Positions 1 to 13,934 of a stretch of DNA of 64,000 nucleotides are shown piece by piece. Every line of letters begins with the position of its first letter. Positions within the stretch are counted from its first letter, which is position 1. The notes below the pieces were generated by a model, which worked only from the letters and a program-made list of their open reading frames with translations, was not told the origin of the DNA and searched no databases. The translations under genes were made by a program, and so were the position numbers. This DNA is from Octopus bimaculoides (Eukaryota): assembly GCF_001194135.2 (NCBI RefSeq), contig NC_069004.1, positions 23,188,776 through 23,252,775 of the forward strand, given 5' to 3'.

Positions 1-392
1 GTCAAATGCTAAAGGGTTAAAGGGCTTCGGTTCTACATATTCTTGGATTACAGGAAAGCCATGGTCAGTGCATTATTACAGAGAGAGACAATCAAGTATA
101 GGAGTTAACAAGAAAGTCAACATTATCCTCAGAAGTTTTAATGGGACCCTACCCCATTTGTAGGATGACTTGCCATTTTAGATAGAAATAGATTGGGTTT
201 TTTCTTTTGCCATATCAAAGTGCCAGCCACTCTGTTCACCAAGGTGAGACTGAACGAGATAAATGGGCACAGCTGTTTGAACATTGATGATTTGGCATGG
301 CCTGTTTTGGCACTGGAAGCAAGCACACACACACGTGTGCATTTGCAAAAAATATACATACAGAGAGAGGGGGAGGCAGACAGACAGGGAAA

Positions 393-435
<43 letters not shown>

Positions 436-1054
436 GGAGGCAGAGAGAATGAGAGAAACATTAAAATATCTGATGTTAAATAAATCTGGACTAAATCATC
501 AACACCAAATGGACAGCATCAAAATGGCTGTGCCTAAACATCTCATACCCAAGGTGAGACCGTAGAATGGCGTTACACTTTTAGTTACCAACAGCTTAAC
601 CACAAAACATGCAGGACTGGTTTACGAGATTACCAGGGAGTCATTTTTCATCTGACCAAACATATGCATAGTTGAGCAGCTAACTGTAACATATAAACAC
701 AGGATGGTCATGGTTGGAATGACTTTGATCATAGCTCTAATCAACCACAGCTGACCTAGAGCTAAACAATAACAGCATTGGTGGTGATGGTAACGACAAT
801 AACAATTACAGAACTTGTGATACAAAGAAACTCTTAATTCCTTGAAATTCTAAAGCAGAGATAATGAGATTAGAAATTAATGACAAAGCTCTTCTCATTC
901 AATATTCAAAACCATTACATAACAGCCACCACCACAACACTAATCACCAGTTAGCTTCACATCTTGTGTGTACATGTTGTCTAAGCTCTGTCTTTACTAG
1001 TTCTTCAATAATCTTTTTTTATATATATATATATAATAATAACAACAATAATAA

Positions 1055-1281
1055 TGACTTCAAATTTTGGCACAAAGCCTTAAATTTTAGGGGAAGGGCT
1101 AGTTGATTACATGGATCCCGGTGCTCAACTGGGCCTTATTTTATTGACCCCAAAAGGATGAAAGGCAATGTTAACCTCAGCAGAATTTGAACTCAGAACT
1201 TACTGACAAACGAAATCCCACTAAGCATTTTGCTCAACATGCTAACGATTCTGCTAGCTCACCACCTTACACAACAACAAC

Positions 1282-1314
<33 letters not shown>

Positions 1315-3255
1315 CCTTTCTATTATAGGCACAAGGCCTGAAATTTTGGAGGAGGGGACTAGTTAATTACATCAACCCCAGTACTCAACTGGTACTTAAT
1401 TTATCAACCCTGAAAGGATGAAAGCAAAGCTGACCTCGGCAGAATTTGAACTCAGAACGTAAAGACGGGTGAAATACAGCTAAGCATTTCATCCATCGTG
1501 TTAACAATTCTGCCAGCTCACCACCCTAATAATAATAATTGTACCAAGAGCACTCAGAGAGGGCAAACCTCCACCAAGGCAACACCAACATCCTCTCAAT
1601 GATTAGCCGGAGATGATTTTTAAAATGAGAATATCTGAAATAAGCTGGACTGCTCTCACAAACAAGAATACTAAAAATGAACCAGACTGCTATTGAAAAT
1701 TAAATTTTAAAAAAACGGAAAGATAATCCAGAATCCTTGTCCATTACCGGATTGATCCCAAAATCTAATCAGTTTGTGCCAGTCACAAGGCCAAACATCC
1801 CAGAAAGTTTTGTCTGAATCCATCCAGCGGTTCTTGAGATATCTTGTCCACGGACAAACAAACAAACACGACTGAAAACAATACCTCCACCTTAAGGCGG
1901 AGGTAATAATAATAATAAAAATTGTAACTTAGCCATAAAGCCAGAAAATTGGAGCAGGGGGAGAGGAGAAGACGAGTTTAGTTGTCTGGTACTTTATCAT
2001 TCAAAGAAGGATGAAAGGCAAAATTGATCTTGGTGACATTTGTGATAAAAATGATTATTATTTCAAATTTTGGCACAAGAACAGCAATTTTAAGGAAAGG
2101 AGATTAGTTGATTACATCAATTCCAGTATATGATTGATACTTTATTTTATTAACCTCAAAAGGATGAAAGGTGAAGTTGACTGTGGCCATGTTTGAACTC
2201 AGAACACAAAGAGAAGTGAAAAAATGTCACTCAGTATTTTGCCCAGCTAACAATTCTGCCAGCTCACCATCTTCCCCAGCGCTCAACTGGTAGTTATCTC
2301 ATCGACCCTAAAAGGATGAAAGGCAAAGCTGGCCTCTGCAGTATTTGAACTCAGAATGTAAAAACAGACAAAATGCAGCCAAGCATATTGCTTGGCATGC
2401 TAATGATTCTGCCAGCTCGCTCTTGCTGTTTCTTCGTCTTCATCTGTAACAGCAGCAGCAGCACAACAGTTTCAAATTTTGGGAGAGGAGATCAGCTGAT
2501 TACATCCTCCCTCCCCCAGCTTTCAACTGACATTTTATTGACCCCAAAAGGATGAAAGGCAAAGTCGATCTCAGCAAAATATAAACTCAGAACATACAGA
2601 TGGACAAAACGCTGCTGAGCATTCTACTTGGTGTGCTAATGATTCTGCCAGATCACCACCTTATAAAAGTGGTTAGCAGGCCGCTACAGAGAATCGAACC
2701 CCATACCTCTCAAACTCCAGTTACCCTTATGCTAAGTGACCCATAACAGCAACAACAATACTAATGGTTTCAAATTTTGGTACAAAGCCAACAGGTTCAG
2801 AGTTACATTGACCCAAGGACTCAACTGGTATTTATTTTATCAAACCTGAAAGGTTGAAAGGCAAAGATGGATGAAATGCTGCTAAGCATTCTGCCTGGTG
2901 TGCTAATGGTTCTGCCAGCTTGCTGCCTTATAGAAGTGACTAGCAGACTGTTACAGAGAATCAAATTCTCTACGTCTCAAACTCCAGTTATGCTATTTGT
3001 ACCATTAAGCTAAATGACCCATGACAACAACAACAACAATAATCCATTCTACTATAGGCACAAGGCCTGAAATTTGGCAGGAGAGGTTAAGTTGATTAAA
3101 CTGACCCCAGTGTTTCACTAATAATTAATTTATCGACTCCGAAAGGATGAAAGGCAAAGTCAACCTCAGTGGAATTTGCACCCAGAACAGCGAAGGCCGA
3201 AATGCCGCTAAGCATTTCGTCCAGTGTGCTAACGATTCTGCTAGCTCACCGCCTT
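1055..3255 (-). mobile_element. Cluster of about 8 same-orientation tRNA-derived SINE copies (family with head GGYGGTGAGCTGGCAGAATCGTTAGC), separated by (AAT)n/(AAC)n tails
   Basis: Recurring reverse-complement consensus ...GAAAGGATGAAAGGCAAAGTCGACCTC...GAATTTGAACTCAGAAC...GCTAAGCATTT...GCTAACGATTCTGCCAGCTCACCACCTT. The same family recurs at ~11945, 13250, 16590, 17465, 54505, 54830, 62345 and 63325. Confidence 0.9.
1543..1906. mobile_element. Non-autonomous Helentron/HINE (DINE-1)-like element
   Basis: 5' sub-terminal motif AAACCTCCACCAAGGC (1565-1580), internal (CAAA)n near the 3' end, and terminal palindrome ACCTCCACCTTAAGGCGGAGGT (1883-1904). Layout matches HINE-type elements; the family assignment is inference. 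Confidence 0.55.
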
Positions 3256-3294
3256 AAACAATAATAATAATGATGATGATGATAAACAACTTAC

Positions 3295-3474
3295 TTCAGC
3301 AGTAATCACAGGCTCCAACTTCATTTTGACATCATCGTACCCAATTTTGTTCAAGTTCCTGATTTGTCCAATGATGCGGACGGGAGTGGTTTGTGGATCA
3401 GAAGGGCTGAGTTTAGCCGAAAACTTCAAAGATCGAGTCATTGTTAGTTCTTTACTTTTTCTTCCTTTAATTAT
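3295..3474 (-). CDS. Internal coding exon (60 aa, phase 0-0) of an unidentified protein: IIKGRKSKELTMTRSLKFSAKLSPSDPQTTPVRIIGQIRNLNKIGYDDVKMKLEPVITAE
   Basis: Pyrimidine-rich acceptor ...TTTTTGTTTTCCAG, exactly 180 nt of open frame, donor GAA|GTAAGT, and non-repetitive sequence amid SINEs. Confidence 0.8.
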
Positions 3475-4375
3475 CTGGAAAACAAAAACAGAAAGAAGAA
3501 AAATTACAAATTTAAAATCGTTGAAAAAAAAGATTCATCATCACTGTTTTAACACACACATTGTATAAGTCCGACAGAATTTACCAAAGCAGACTTTCTA
3601 TGGCCAGATGCTCTTCCTGTCACCAACCCATACCTGTTTCCAACCATGGTGAGACATGTTTTTCAGGGAAGACTGGAAATGAACAACTTCACTTATATGA
3701 CAATGATGCTGATGTACAATCTTCATATTAAGTCATGACAAGTGTATACAAGTGATGTCAAAGCAAAGAGACAGTAGCGTGCGTGCACACACACACAGTT
3801 AGCCTCTTCCTTTCAGTTTCCAGCTACCAAATCCACTTACAAAGGCTTTGATGTACCCAGAGTTATAGGCCAATGCACTTGTCTAAAATGCCACACAGTG
3901 GGACTAAACCTGAGACCATGTGGTTAGGAAGCAAACTTCTTGCCACACAGTCACAACTGCACCTATATAATATATCAATACTGTCATGCCTCAATATTCC
4001 ACAAATCCATCTTTTTCATGCATGCAATATTACTGTGCACAATAGCAGCAGTTTACAACTACAAAAACTACATCTGAATAATCTATTATTTATGCATGTT
4101 TCTAGCTTATTGATTTCTTAGTCATTGTGTTATGTTGTGTTGTGTGTCTTAGGCAAGACATATCACTCAACTTGGTTTTGCCAGCCAAGCATAACAGGGG
4201 GAATCAGATTAGAAACAAAAAAAAAAACCCATTGGCCAATGAACAGAGAGAGAGAGAGAGAGATGAAAATTTGCAGAATTATTCAACCCACAATGATATG
4301 CCTATTATCGCTTATTTGTTTCAGTCAATGGAACACCACCTTGAAGGGTTTAGTCAAAAAGAATTGACTCTAATA

Positions 4376-5240
4376 TGAGGGGCTACCCAAAAGCCTGTTG
4401 TAGTTCAGGCTTCTGCTACTAGAAGCCACTTGATGCAACCCTCAGGCATCAGTCTGTCGACTGGCATTGTCATGTGAAGTTGTACTGTGATGTGATGCAT
4501 CTTTATTTTGCAGTGCTTCTCCCGTTTGTCAATTTTTGCAATGGCAGAAACAAAAAACTGTGTGCTTCTGTTTTCTGCTGGAGAAAACAGAAACCAGAAC
4601 AGTTGTCATGCTTCAAACAGCTTACAAGGATGATGCCATGAGCAAAACACAAGTTTACAAGTGGTTTCCATGTTTTAGGAATGGTCACTTGTTGCTTGAA
4701 GACCATCCTCATTCAAGGTGACCCCTGATCTCTAGAATGAAAAAAATCATGAAAATTCATGAACTGATCTTGGAGGATTATTACTGGGCAATTAATGAAC
4801 TTGCTGATATGACTGGTGAATCCTAGAGCTCCTGCCAATGAATCTTGAGTGAGGAATTGCGAATGAAAAGAGTTGCTGTAAAATTTGTTCCTTGCTTGCT
4901 CACAGAAGATCAAAAGCAATCATGACTGAATGCATGTCGTGAACTGAAAGAACAGATGGAAATTGATCTGGACCATTTTTCGAAGGTCAACACTAGTGAT
5001 GAAAGCTGGTGCTATGGAATTTGCAGATGTGGAAGAGATGAAGAAAAAAAAAATGACAGAAGCATCAAAAAGTATCACTTTGCACGAGTTTCAAGACTGC
5101 TTTGGATAGTGGAAAATATGCCTGGGCCGATGCTTTGCTTCAAATGGAGAATACTTTGAAGGCAATAAAAGTGTAAACATGTAAAACTAAGTGAATAAAA
5201 TAATATTGCAAAATTCTGGTTTCTTTTGGGTAGCCCCTTG
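4376..5240 (+). mobile_element. Internally deleted mariner (DD34D-type) transposon
   Basis: TIRs TGAGGGGCTACCCAAAAG / CTTTTGGGTAGCCCCTTG with TA on both sides. Transposase remnants include QKTVCFCFLLEKTETRTVVMLQTAYKDDAMSKTQVYKWF (HTH) and TSDESWCYG (first catalytic D). Confidence 0.9.
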
Positions 5241-5529
5241 TACTTATTTTATTGGTTTCATCTGCCAAACTGCTGTTACATGGATGTAAGCAAACCAGCA
5301 CCAGCTGGCAAGCAGTGGTGGGGGAAATACAAGTGTACACACACATGGGTTTCCACACGATTTCCATTTACCAAATCCACATAAAACGTATGGGTCGGCC
5401 AATAGAAGTCATTTCCCCAAGGTGCAGTGTAGTGGGAATGAACCCAAAAAGCCCTAGGCTACTAACACAACCACACACACACTCACTCAAGTGGGAAAAA
5501 ATGAAAGAGGGGATAGTTACAAGGCAATA

Positions 5530-5715
5530 TAGAAAGGGATGCTGATAAGTCCCTGGCTTTGGGTAAAGGAAATAGAGGAGGTTAATCATGATTTTATTCA
5601 ACATATTCCCCCATCTTAGATTCACACACTTATTGCAGCAGTTCTTCAGTTTGACTAAGCCCTGTAAAAGAACTTGTGATATCCTTAAAGCCAGGAACTT
5701 CCCAGCAGCCCCTTG
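5530..5715. mobile_element. Mariner-derived MITE
   Basis: TIR-like ends GGGATGCTGATAAGTCCCTGGCTTT / AAAGCCAGGAACTTCCCAGCAGCCCCTTG followed by TA; a second copy lies at ~33468-33705 in reverse orientation. Confidence 0.7.
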
Positions 5716-7269
5716 TATGTTTGATAAATCAAGGTTGACTTGATGCAAAAACAACAACAATATGAAATGAGTCATGATGAAACTTGATAAACCAAGCCGT
5801 GTACGTTGCTCATTGAGAATATAAAGCAATGCAATGAATAATTAAAATAAAATGTTACATAATATCATTTCACGCACTGAATTGCTTTCATTAATTTTTG
5901 TTTGCACTGGAAGAGTCTAGGGTTAGGGGTCCAACCCATGCTAGCATGGAAGGCGGACGTTAAACGATGATGATGATGATGATGATGATATATATATGTA
6001 AAATCATTATCATCATTTTAACATTCACTTTTATAAGCTTGCTTGTGTCAAATGGAATTTATTGAAGCAGATTTTCAATGGCCAGATGTCCTTCTTGTTG
6101 CCAATCTTCACCTGTTACCAAGTAAGGTAATATTTCCCCACAGTCAGACATGATCTTGCAGAAAACTGGAAATGAACAACAATGCTTGTACAGCAGTAAT
6201 GCTCATTTACAATTATCATCAAGGACACACAAACATGTAAAGGACAGACTTTTTTCCGTTTCCTTCTACCAAATCCACCCACAAAGCTTTAGTCAGTCCC
6301 GTAAGAGACAGTTGCCCTACTTGTCATTCAGTGGAACTGAACCAAAGACCATGTTGCAAGGAAGCAAACAGCCTTACATATATATATATATAATTTTACT
6401 AACATTTAGCAGAAGCAAAAGAGTGACTCAAGGGCCAAGAGTTTCATGCACCATATACTCATATTTTGAGTTCTATTTTTCCTGTCTGCGTCACCATACC
6501 TATATTATACATATATATATATATATAATAAATGCCAAAACGAATTTCTGTGTGTCAGTATGTCACACTTTGACTCCCTCTCTCACTATTCAGTGACACT
6601 GGGGTTAGTGTAATAGTAGGCATAGAGACATTGAGGGCAGTAGTAGATTGAGTTCTGAAGGTAATGGGGTGATAGTAATAGTGTGAGCTGTAGCTGTGAT
6701 AGAGATAGAGGCGATGGTAGAGGTGGTGGTTGTAGTAGTAGCCGAGGCGATCAGGGATGACAGTGATAGTAAGTGATGTGAAAGACAGTGGTGATGGTGG
6801 TGGCATCAGAAGTCTGAATGGTGTGTATATGGCAGTTGCGATGGAGATGGTTGAAAACCATCAAAGGAAAGTGAGAGAGAGAAAGAAAGAGGTTAGATAG
6901 AAAAAAAATTGTACTGACCCCCAAATGGGAAGACAAAAAATGTTGTTTATCATGCAGTTTTGCAATATGTTCCAAGTCGACAAATTGTATCATTGTTTTG
7001 ATGAAAATTGTTCATTGCTTGAAAAATATTGGGCAAGCTTAATAAAATTTAATATGTAATCAATGCATGCCCAAGGCCCAATGAAGAGCCCTCCATAGGA
7101 GCTAGCTCAAAAGCTACCTCACAGGGCAACTTTTAAGCTAGTATTTATATCTGTGTGTGTGAATATATGCAAATTTGTAACCACACAGCCATGAGGGTGT
7201 TATTCATTGCCTCCATTGATATATAAAAGTGGAAGATGGATGCACTTACTGCATGACAACTTTACCATG

Positions 7270-7331
<62 letters not shown>

Positions 7332-7710
7332 TATATATACACATATACACACGATATATAGGGCTTCCACAAATTTTACCTATCAAATTTCAATCACAAG
7401 GTATTGGTTAATTTGAAGCTACATTAAAAAAACATTTGCCCAAAGTGACATACAGTCGAACTGAACTTAGAATCCTGTGGTTGTGAAGCAAGCCTTTCAC
7501 CCACATAGCTATGTCTAGACCCACTACTTTGGGCTTGATTACTTTCATTTCCCACTCTACAGGCTCATTACAGTTTCCATCAACCAAATTCACCATGACA
7601 CATTGGTCAACCGAGTAATATGGCAGAAGACACTCACCCAAGGTGTTGCACAGTGAGACTAAACCCAAAACTATATTAAGAAGCAAACTACTTAAATACA
7701 TATCAATACT

Positions 7711-7749
<39 letters not shown>

Positions 7750-7786
7750 CACCCATGCCAGCATGGAAGGTGGACGTTAAATGATG

Positions 7787-7828
<42 letters not shown>

Positions 7829-8585
7829 ATCATCATCATCATTTAACGTCCGCTTTCCATGCTGGCATGGGTTGGACGATTTGACTGAGGACCAGCAAAC
7901 CAGATGGCTGCACCAGGTTCCAATCTGATTTGGCAGAGTTTCTACAGCTGGATGCCCTTCCTAACGCCAACCACTCTGAGAGTGTAGTGGGTGCTTTTAC
8001 GTGCCACCGGCACGAGGGCCAGACACACGGTACTGGCAACGGCCACGCTCAAAATGGTGTTTTTATGTGCCACCTGCACAGGAGTCAGTCGAGCGGTGCT
8101 GGCAACGACCTCGCCCGAATGTTTTGTTCACATGCCACCGGCACAAGTGCCAGTAAAGCGACGCTGGTAACGATCACGCTCAAATGGTGCTTTTTATGTG
8201 CCACTGGCACGGAAGCGAGACTGCTGCTCTGGCAATGATTCCACTTGGATGGTGCTGTTAGCGCTCCACTGGCACGGGTGGCAGTCATCGAATTTGGTTC
8301 AGTTTCGATTTCACTTGCCTCAATAGGTCTTTGCAAGCAGAGTTTAGTGTCCAGTGAAGGAAAGGTATGCATATAGGTGGGCTGGTTACACCCCTGGCAT
8401 AGGCCACTGGTTATGGTCTCACTTGCCTTTCCGGGTCTTCTCATGCACAACATATTTCCAAAGGTCTCGTTCACTAGTCATTGCCTCAGTGAGGCCTAAT
8501 TTTCGAAGGTCGTGCTTCACCACCCCATCCCAGGTCTTCCCGGGTCTACCTCTTCCACAGGTACCCTCAACCGCTAGGGTGGAAG
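7829..8585 (-). mobile_element. 3' end of an RTE-clade LINE with (GAT)n tail and ~60-75 bp subrepeats in the 3' UTR
   Basis: Minus-strand translation includes GTCGRGRPGKTWDGVVKHDLRKLGLTEAMTSERDLW. The tail module CATCATCATTTAACGTCCGCTTTCCATGC is shared with short copies at ~5935, 7750, 21335, 23265, 27600, 30610 and 56590. Confidence 0.8.
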
Positions 8586-8692
8586 ACAGATGCACTCATT
8601 GCATGACAAATTTACCATTTAGGTTGCAGCTTGTATCAATAATCATATTAAATTCACTCCAGAACTATAATGTAGTATAAAGAACATATCAA

Positions 8693-9090
8693 TAATTTTT
8701 TATCATTTACTAGTTTCAGTCATTAGACTGCGGTCATGCTAAGGCACTGCCTTGAAGAATTTTTAGTCAAATGAACTGACCCCAGTACTTATTTTTTGTT
8801 TTAAGCTTGGTACTTATTCTATTACTCACATTTTGCCAAAGTGCTAAGTTACAGGGATGTAAATAAACCAATACAGGTTGTCAAATGATGATGGAGGACA
8901 AACACGCACACACACACAGATATATACAGTGGGCTTGTTTCAGTTTCCATCTACTGAATCCACTCACAAGGCTTTGGTCAGCCCAAGGCTATAACAGAAG
9001 ACACTTACCAAGGTGCCATGCAGTGGGACTGAACCCAGAACTATGTAGTTGAGAAGCAAGCTTCTTATCACACACCCTCTCCTGTCCCCA
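8693..9090 (-). mobile_element. Bipartite tRNA-derived SINE (head GGCTGTGTGGTAAGAAGC, microsatellite spacer, tail GCAGTCAAATGACTGAAAC)
   Basis: Reverse complement of the near-complete copy at 50257-50665. Many further full or partial copies occur across the window. Confidence 0.85.
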
Positions 9091-9693
9091 TGAGAGAAAA
9101 AAAACAAAAACAAAAAACAAAAAACAAGGCATGAATGTGATATTCTTTTACTCTATCTGTTACATATGTATCTGCATCCAGTAATTAATTATTGCAATCT
9201 ATACATGCAACTTATAAATGCAGCATACATAATCCTACAGAACACATCCTCAGACTGTGTCAACCCTTTGAGTTGCATGTAACAATTGCACTTATAGGGT
9301 GACATCATTAATTACTGATTAAAGATACATATGCAACAGATGGAATAAAGGAATGCCAAATTTATATATATAAAATTCTCATTTTAAATATATATATAAT
9401 GTATATAAAAAAAAACAAAAAAAAAACTGGAGGATGATGTTAAAAAGCAGAAGTATCATATGTACAGTAAAAATCAATTGATACAAGGCTTGGCATCAGC
9501 TGGTCAGATCAACTGGCCACACACACACACACGTTGCTATTCTAAATATCCGCATTAATGGGATGAGAGCTGCTTCTGATAGTGTAATGCGACATAATGA
9601 TCTGTACTTCACTGAGTATGTGTACTACAGTAGATAGCTTTAGCTTCTGCTGGATACCAGTTACTTTAGAAGCCAATGAGGGAGCCTCTACAT

Positions 9694-10041
9694 CAGCGGT
9701 TCTCGACCAGAGTCCACAGGGCCCCTGAGGGTCCATGTAATATTTTGGGGGGTTCACACAACAAAATAGTAAATTAGGGATTCACAATAATATTTTAAAG
9801 GTCCCTGAAAAAATTTTGCTTTAGATGGATGTATTGGTATGTATTACATGAAACAGCTAAATTTCTTTCTCTAACACTTTATATAGTTCAACCTACACAA
9901 GTCAATGGGTGAAAAACAAAAAAGAAGTTCGAAGGAAGTTTCTATAAAACTAGTTTTTAAATAACAAATGGCTATGGGGGCCCACCAGAATAAAATAGTA
10001 ATGAAAGGGGTTCATAGACAACAAATGGTTGAGAACCTCTG
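9694..10041. mobile_element. hAT-family MITE with perfect 8-bp TSD
   Basis: TIRs CAGCGGTTCTCGACC / GGTTGAGAACCTCTG flanked by CTCTACAT on both sides (9686-9693, 10042-10049). Confidence 0.9.
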
Positions 10042-10689
10042 CTCTACATGGTTGCTCAACCAGCAACTAATAGCAGCAAAATCTCCCTCAAATCACACCC
10101 AGTTGTCTTTAAGGAAAGAAAAACACATAAGGTAATGCAATCTAGATATACAGTTCCTATATCCTTTGTCTTTTATGTGTTTCGCTCATTGGACTACAGC
10201 CATACTGGGGCATTGCTGTGGAGGGTTTAGTCAAATGGATTGACTTTAGTGCTTATTTTTTAATCCCAGTACTTACTCTATCAATGTCTTTTGCTGGACT
10301 AATGTATAGGGAAGTAAATAAACAAACACTAGTTGTCAGGTAGTGGTGGAGAGGTACAAAGACAGGCTTCCATTCAGTTACTTTCTGCCAAATCCACACA
10401 CCAGGCATTGGTTAGCCTATCTCCTAGATGCATCCCAACACTAAATATTACCATCCAATCCCACCCATTTTTTCTTTTGTTTCTTTTAATCATTTAGTCG
10501 AGAAGATAGGAAGAAGATTTTCTTACACTGAAGACCTGATCCAAATGCATGCAAATCACTAAAGCAACTCCATGACCAGATGATGAAGTTAAACTGGAAG
10601 TCATATTAACCCTTTAGCATTTAAATTGATCACATCGAGCCTGAATATTCCACCTATGTCACAGTCACTTAAACACCATGGCCCTAAAT

Positions 10690-10995
10690 GTGAAACAGCA
10701 GCAACATATAAGAATGAATGCCTTTATAGAGACCTGCCAAAAGTTAGCAAAAAGATCAGGCAAAGATGGCTACAACTATCTGGTCACTGTGTGCACCACC
10801 CTGAGATGGAAGCATCCAAATTAGTCTTGTAGAATACACTTCATGGTGATGTACGAAGAGGAAAACATCACACATTAACTTGATATTGGAGACATTGGTC
10901 TGGAATGTATCCAGGACTCTGAGACAGTGATCCAGGACTGAGAAACACGTCGGGTGGACTTTGTTGCTGCAGCCCAGGTTGGAACCCAGCCATAA
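10690..10995 (+). mobile_element. RTE/RTE-X LINE 3' ORF fragment
   Basis: Translation NECLYRDLPKVSKKIRQRWLQLSGHCVHHPEMEASKLVL resembles the RTE C-terminal 'RRLRLAGHCVRH' region; stops are present. Confidence 0.7.
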
Positions 10996-11158
10996 AAACA
11001 AAAACTAAAAAAAATCACGGAAACTTGGTTAAGCTCTAACCTTGTGAGTGCTAGAGCTCATGACAGACCTAACTCTTTGAACTCCAAAAATAAGCAGCCT
11101 ATACTAATATCACAAAGCACTCGATCCAATACGATTCCATCAGTTCAATGTCCTAGAC

Positions 11159-11609
11159 CATGCATGGGCAACCTGCAGACCGCGGGCCGCATGCGGCCCT
11201 TGATGAGTTTCTAATTTGGTTACTAATTTACAGCATAACCTAAAAGTAGCAACATCTAATTTTTCTACGTAATATTGAAAATATGGTAAAGAATATGAAT
11301 GTGCAAAAATCTCATTGATACAGAGAATGAAATTTGTTCTTTAATAAAATATCAATGAATTTTCTTTTTTTTTCACCTCAATATTTTAAATTATAATTTA
11401 TTTACACTAGTAATCATCATTAGGAAATAATGAGAGCTGCCGGCTTAATTCAAACTTTCATACCAAGACAAAATTAAGAAGAACTGCAAAAAAATTCAGT
11501 GTAAAGTGGGCAAGTAATATTTCATACATGTGTGTATTATCAGGCAGCCCCTCCCACTTGGAAATGATACAATGCAGGCCCCCAGTTGATGAAAAGTTGC
11601 CTATCCCTG
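11159..11609. mobile_element. hAT (Charlie-like) MITE
   Basis: TIRs CATGCATGGGCAACC / AGTTGCCTATCCCTG; flanks TCCTAGAC and TCCTACAC (7/8 match) give an 8-bp TSD. Confidence 0.8.
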
Positions 11610-12394
11610 TCCTACACTGGTGTGTGGCCTATTGGTTAGGGTGTGGCCTATTGGTTAGGGTGTTGCACTCACAATCATGAGATCATGGTTTCAATTCTTA
11701 GACTGGCTGTGTGTTGTGTTTTTGAGCAAAACCATTTCACATTGCTTTGGTTCACTCAGCTGCAAATGGACTTCACAACTCTGTGATGCATTGGCATGAA
11801 AGGGTGAGATGGTGAATCATCGGTGAGTCAGGAAAATCACATGAATGCAGGTCTTGTGAGCCACGTTTTGTATTCAGCGATTGAAAGGATGAATAGTACA
11901 ATCCATACTGTGAATACTGACTGGTTGTTCAACCATGTTGAAGGATGAATGAATGCTACTTTATTTCTCAACCCAGAAGGATGACAAAAGGCAAAGTTAA
12001 CCTCAGCAGAATCTGAACCCAGAACACAAAAACTGGAATGCATATCACAAGGAATTTTGACCAATGCTCCAACAACTCAATCAATGTTTTGCCTGAATAA
12101 AGTATTTTCAAAAGTTTTTCCTAAATGCTGATTACATAGGCTTAGGCATGGTTGTAATAAGAAACTTGCTTCCCAACCACATGGTTTCAGGTTCAGTCCC
12201 ACTGCATAGCACCTTGGGCAAGTGTCTTCAACTGTAGCCTCGGGCTGACCGAAGCTTTGTGAGTGGATTTGGTAAATGGAAATTAAAAGAAGCCCATAAT
12301 ATATATACATGTATATGATTTCCAGTCACTTCAGCCATGTAACCACATACATGCTTTTCCTGGACTTTTTTCCTTCTCTGGACATTTCCTTTCA

Positions 12395-12435
12395 CCTCCT
12401 CCTGATGAAGAGCTATGCTCGAAATGTGAAAAACC
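12395..12435 (+). ncRNA. Decayed hammerhead-like motif in a probable PLE LTR relic
   Basis: CTGATGA (12402-12408), A-GAGC-TAT-GCTC stem II, GAAA (12421-12424). The following TGTG lacks an NUH triplet and no stem I partner is present. Confidence 0.4.
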
Positions 12436-13000
12436 CACTCTTTTTTTTCCACTTTTACTTAGCATCAAGTTCATACATTCCATATGCACGTCTTTTGTTT
12501 TGTTATTTATTTTTAATGTTCGATTTTTAATGTTGTTGGTTTATTTACGTCCCCATAAAAGAGCAATAGGATAAGTACCGGGCTTAAAACAAAAAATAAG
12601 TACTAGGGTTGATTCATTCCACTAAAAAAGTTCTTTGGAGTGGTGCCCCAGCATGACCACAGTCTAATGACTGAAACAGTTCAAAGATAAAAGATATGCT
12701 TATTTTCAGACTTTCAGTTAACCCCTGGTTTCATATGCTCTGAGTAGTATAAAGCTTTCCTATCATAAGTCTCAAGTTATTCTGATAGTTGGGGAAAAAA
12801 AATGGAAATGTGTATCATATATGATGCTTGGATGCCAGGGAAAGATGTCCTGTGTTTCACATGTGACGTACACGACAGTGAAAGGGTAAAAAAAAACATC
12901 TAAGTAAATCATTTTAATAACCTGTTTTAATTAAATGCCTAATTGCTTTAATCTGCAAAGAAATTTAGCATTTGAACCAGTGTAACTAGCCTACCTCTCC

Positions 13001-13033
<33 letters not shown>

Positions 13034-13183
13034 ACAAGAGTGAAAAAACTACAGAAGGCTTGTGTTACATGGTTAAAGTATATATTTAAATTGTCAGAAA
13101 AAATGTTATAAAATCTTTTTGGTATATAAACATTGTATTTTGAGAAATAACCGGTTTCGTGTTGTCTTTTCAAATTTCTCTAC

Positions 13184-13215
<32 letters not shown>

Positions 13216-13934
13216 TTACTGCTGTTTTTGTAATATTTCTACCATACATAAGGTGACAAGCTGGCAGGATCATTAGCATGCTGGACAAAATGCTTAGTGG
13301 TATTTCATTCATCTTCACATTCTGAATTCAAATTCCACTTGGCTTTCATTCATTCAGTGTCAATAAAATAAGTAGTAGCAGAGCACTACTTTGTTGATTT
13401 GATTGATTTAGCCCCTCCTCCTCCTCTGAAATTGCTGGTCTTGTGCCAGAATTTGAAACTAATATTTTATTATGCATACTAAGAACATATCAAATGTAAC
13501 CAATTTGACTAACAAACTTTCTTAGAATTCTTTCATTCAATTATTTTCATCCTGCCATCTCATTTGTTTGATTTAATTACTTTACACATATAAACAAACC
13601 CCACTCCACATAAAGTAATTATTTTTATTATCACAATTATAAATCATTCCACTTCATCAATTAACACAGGGACTCATTGTCTGCGTTGGTTTACTGGAAG
13701 AGATAGTTTTTCAATGTGACATCAATCACAATGGGTAAATATAACTAAATTAAAAGCCAAAGATGACATAGTGAACAATTTATTGAAAAGAATATTAATT
13801 ACAGTTATTAATTTCTGCAATTAAAAGATAAAATGAATGGATTATTTTCTGATTATTAATACATGATAGGATTCATCTCCATTTCACTTTGGTAACCACA
13901 AAATTTAGAAAGAGAAGCAAGCATCCATCTACAG

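Noticed and set aside
7207-7764. ORF-track entries rich in IYIYIY, CVCV, SLSLSL or X throughout the window
   Set aside because: They are translations of (TA)n, (TG)n, (CT)n microsatellites, SINE bodies or N-gaps, not genes.
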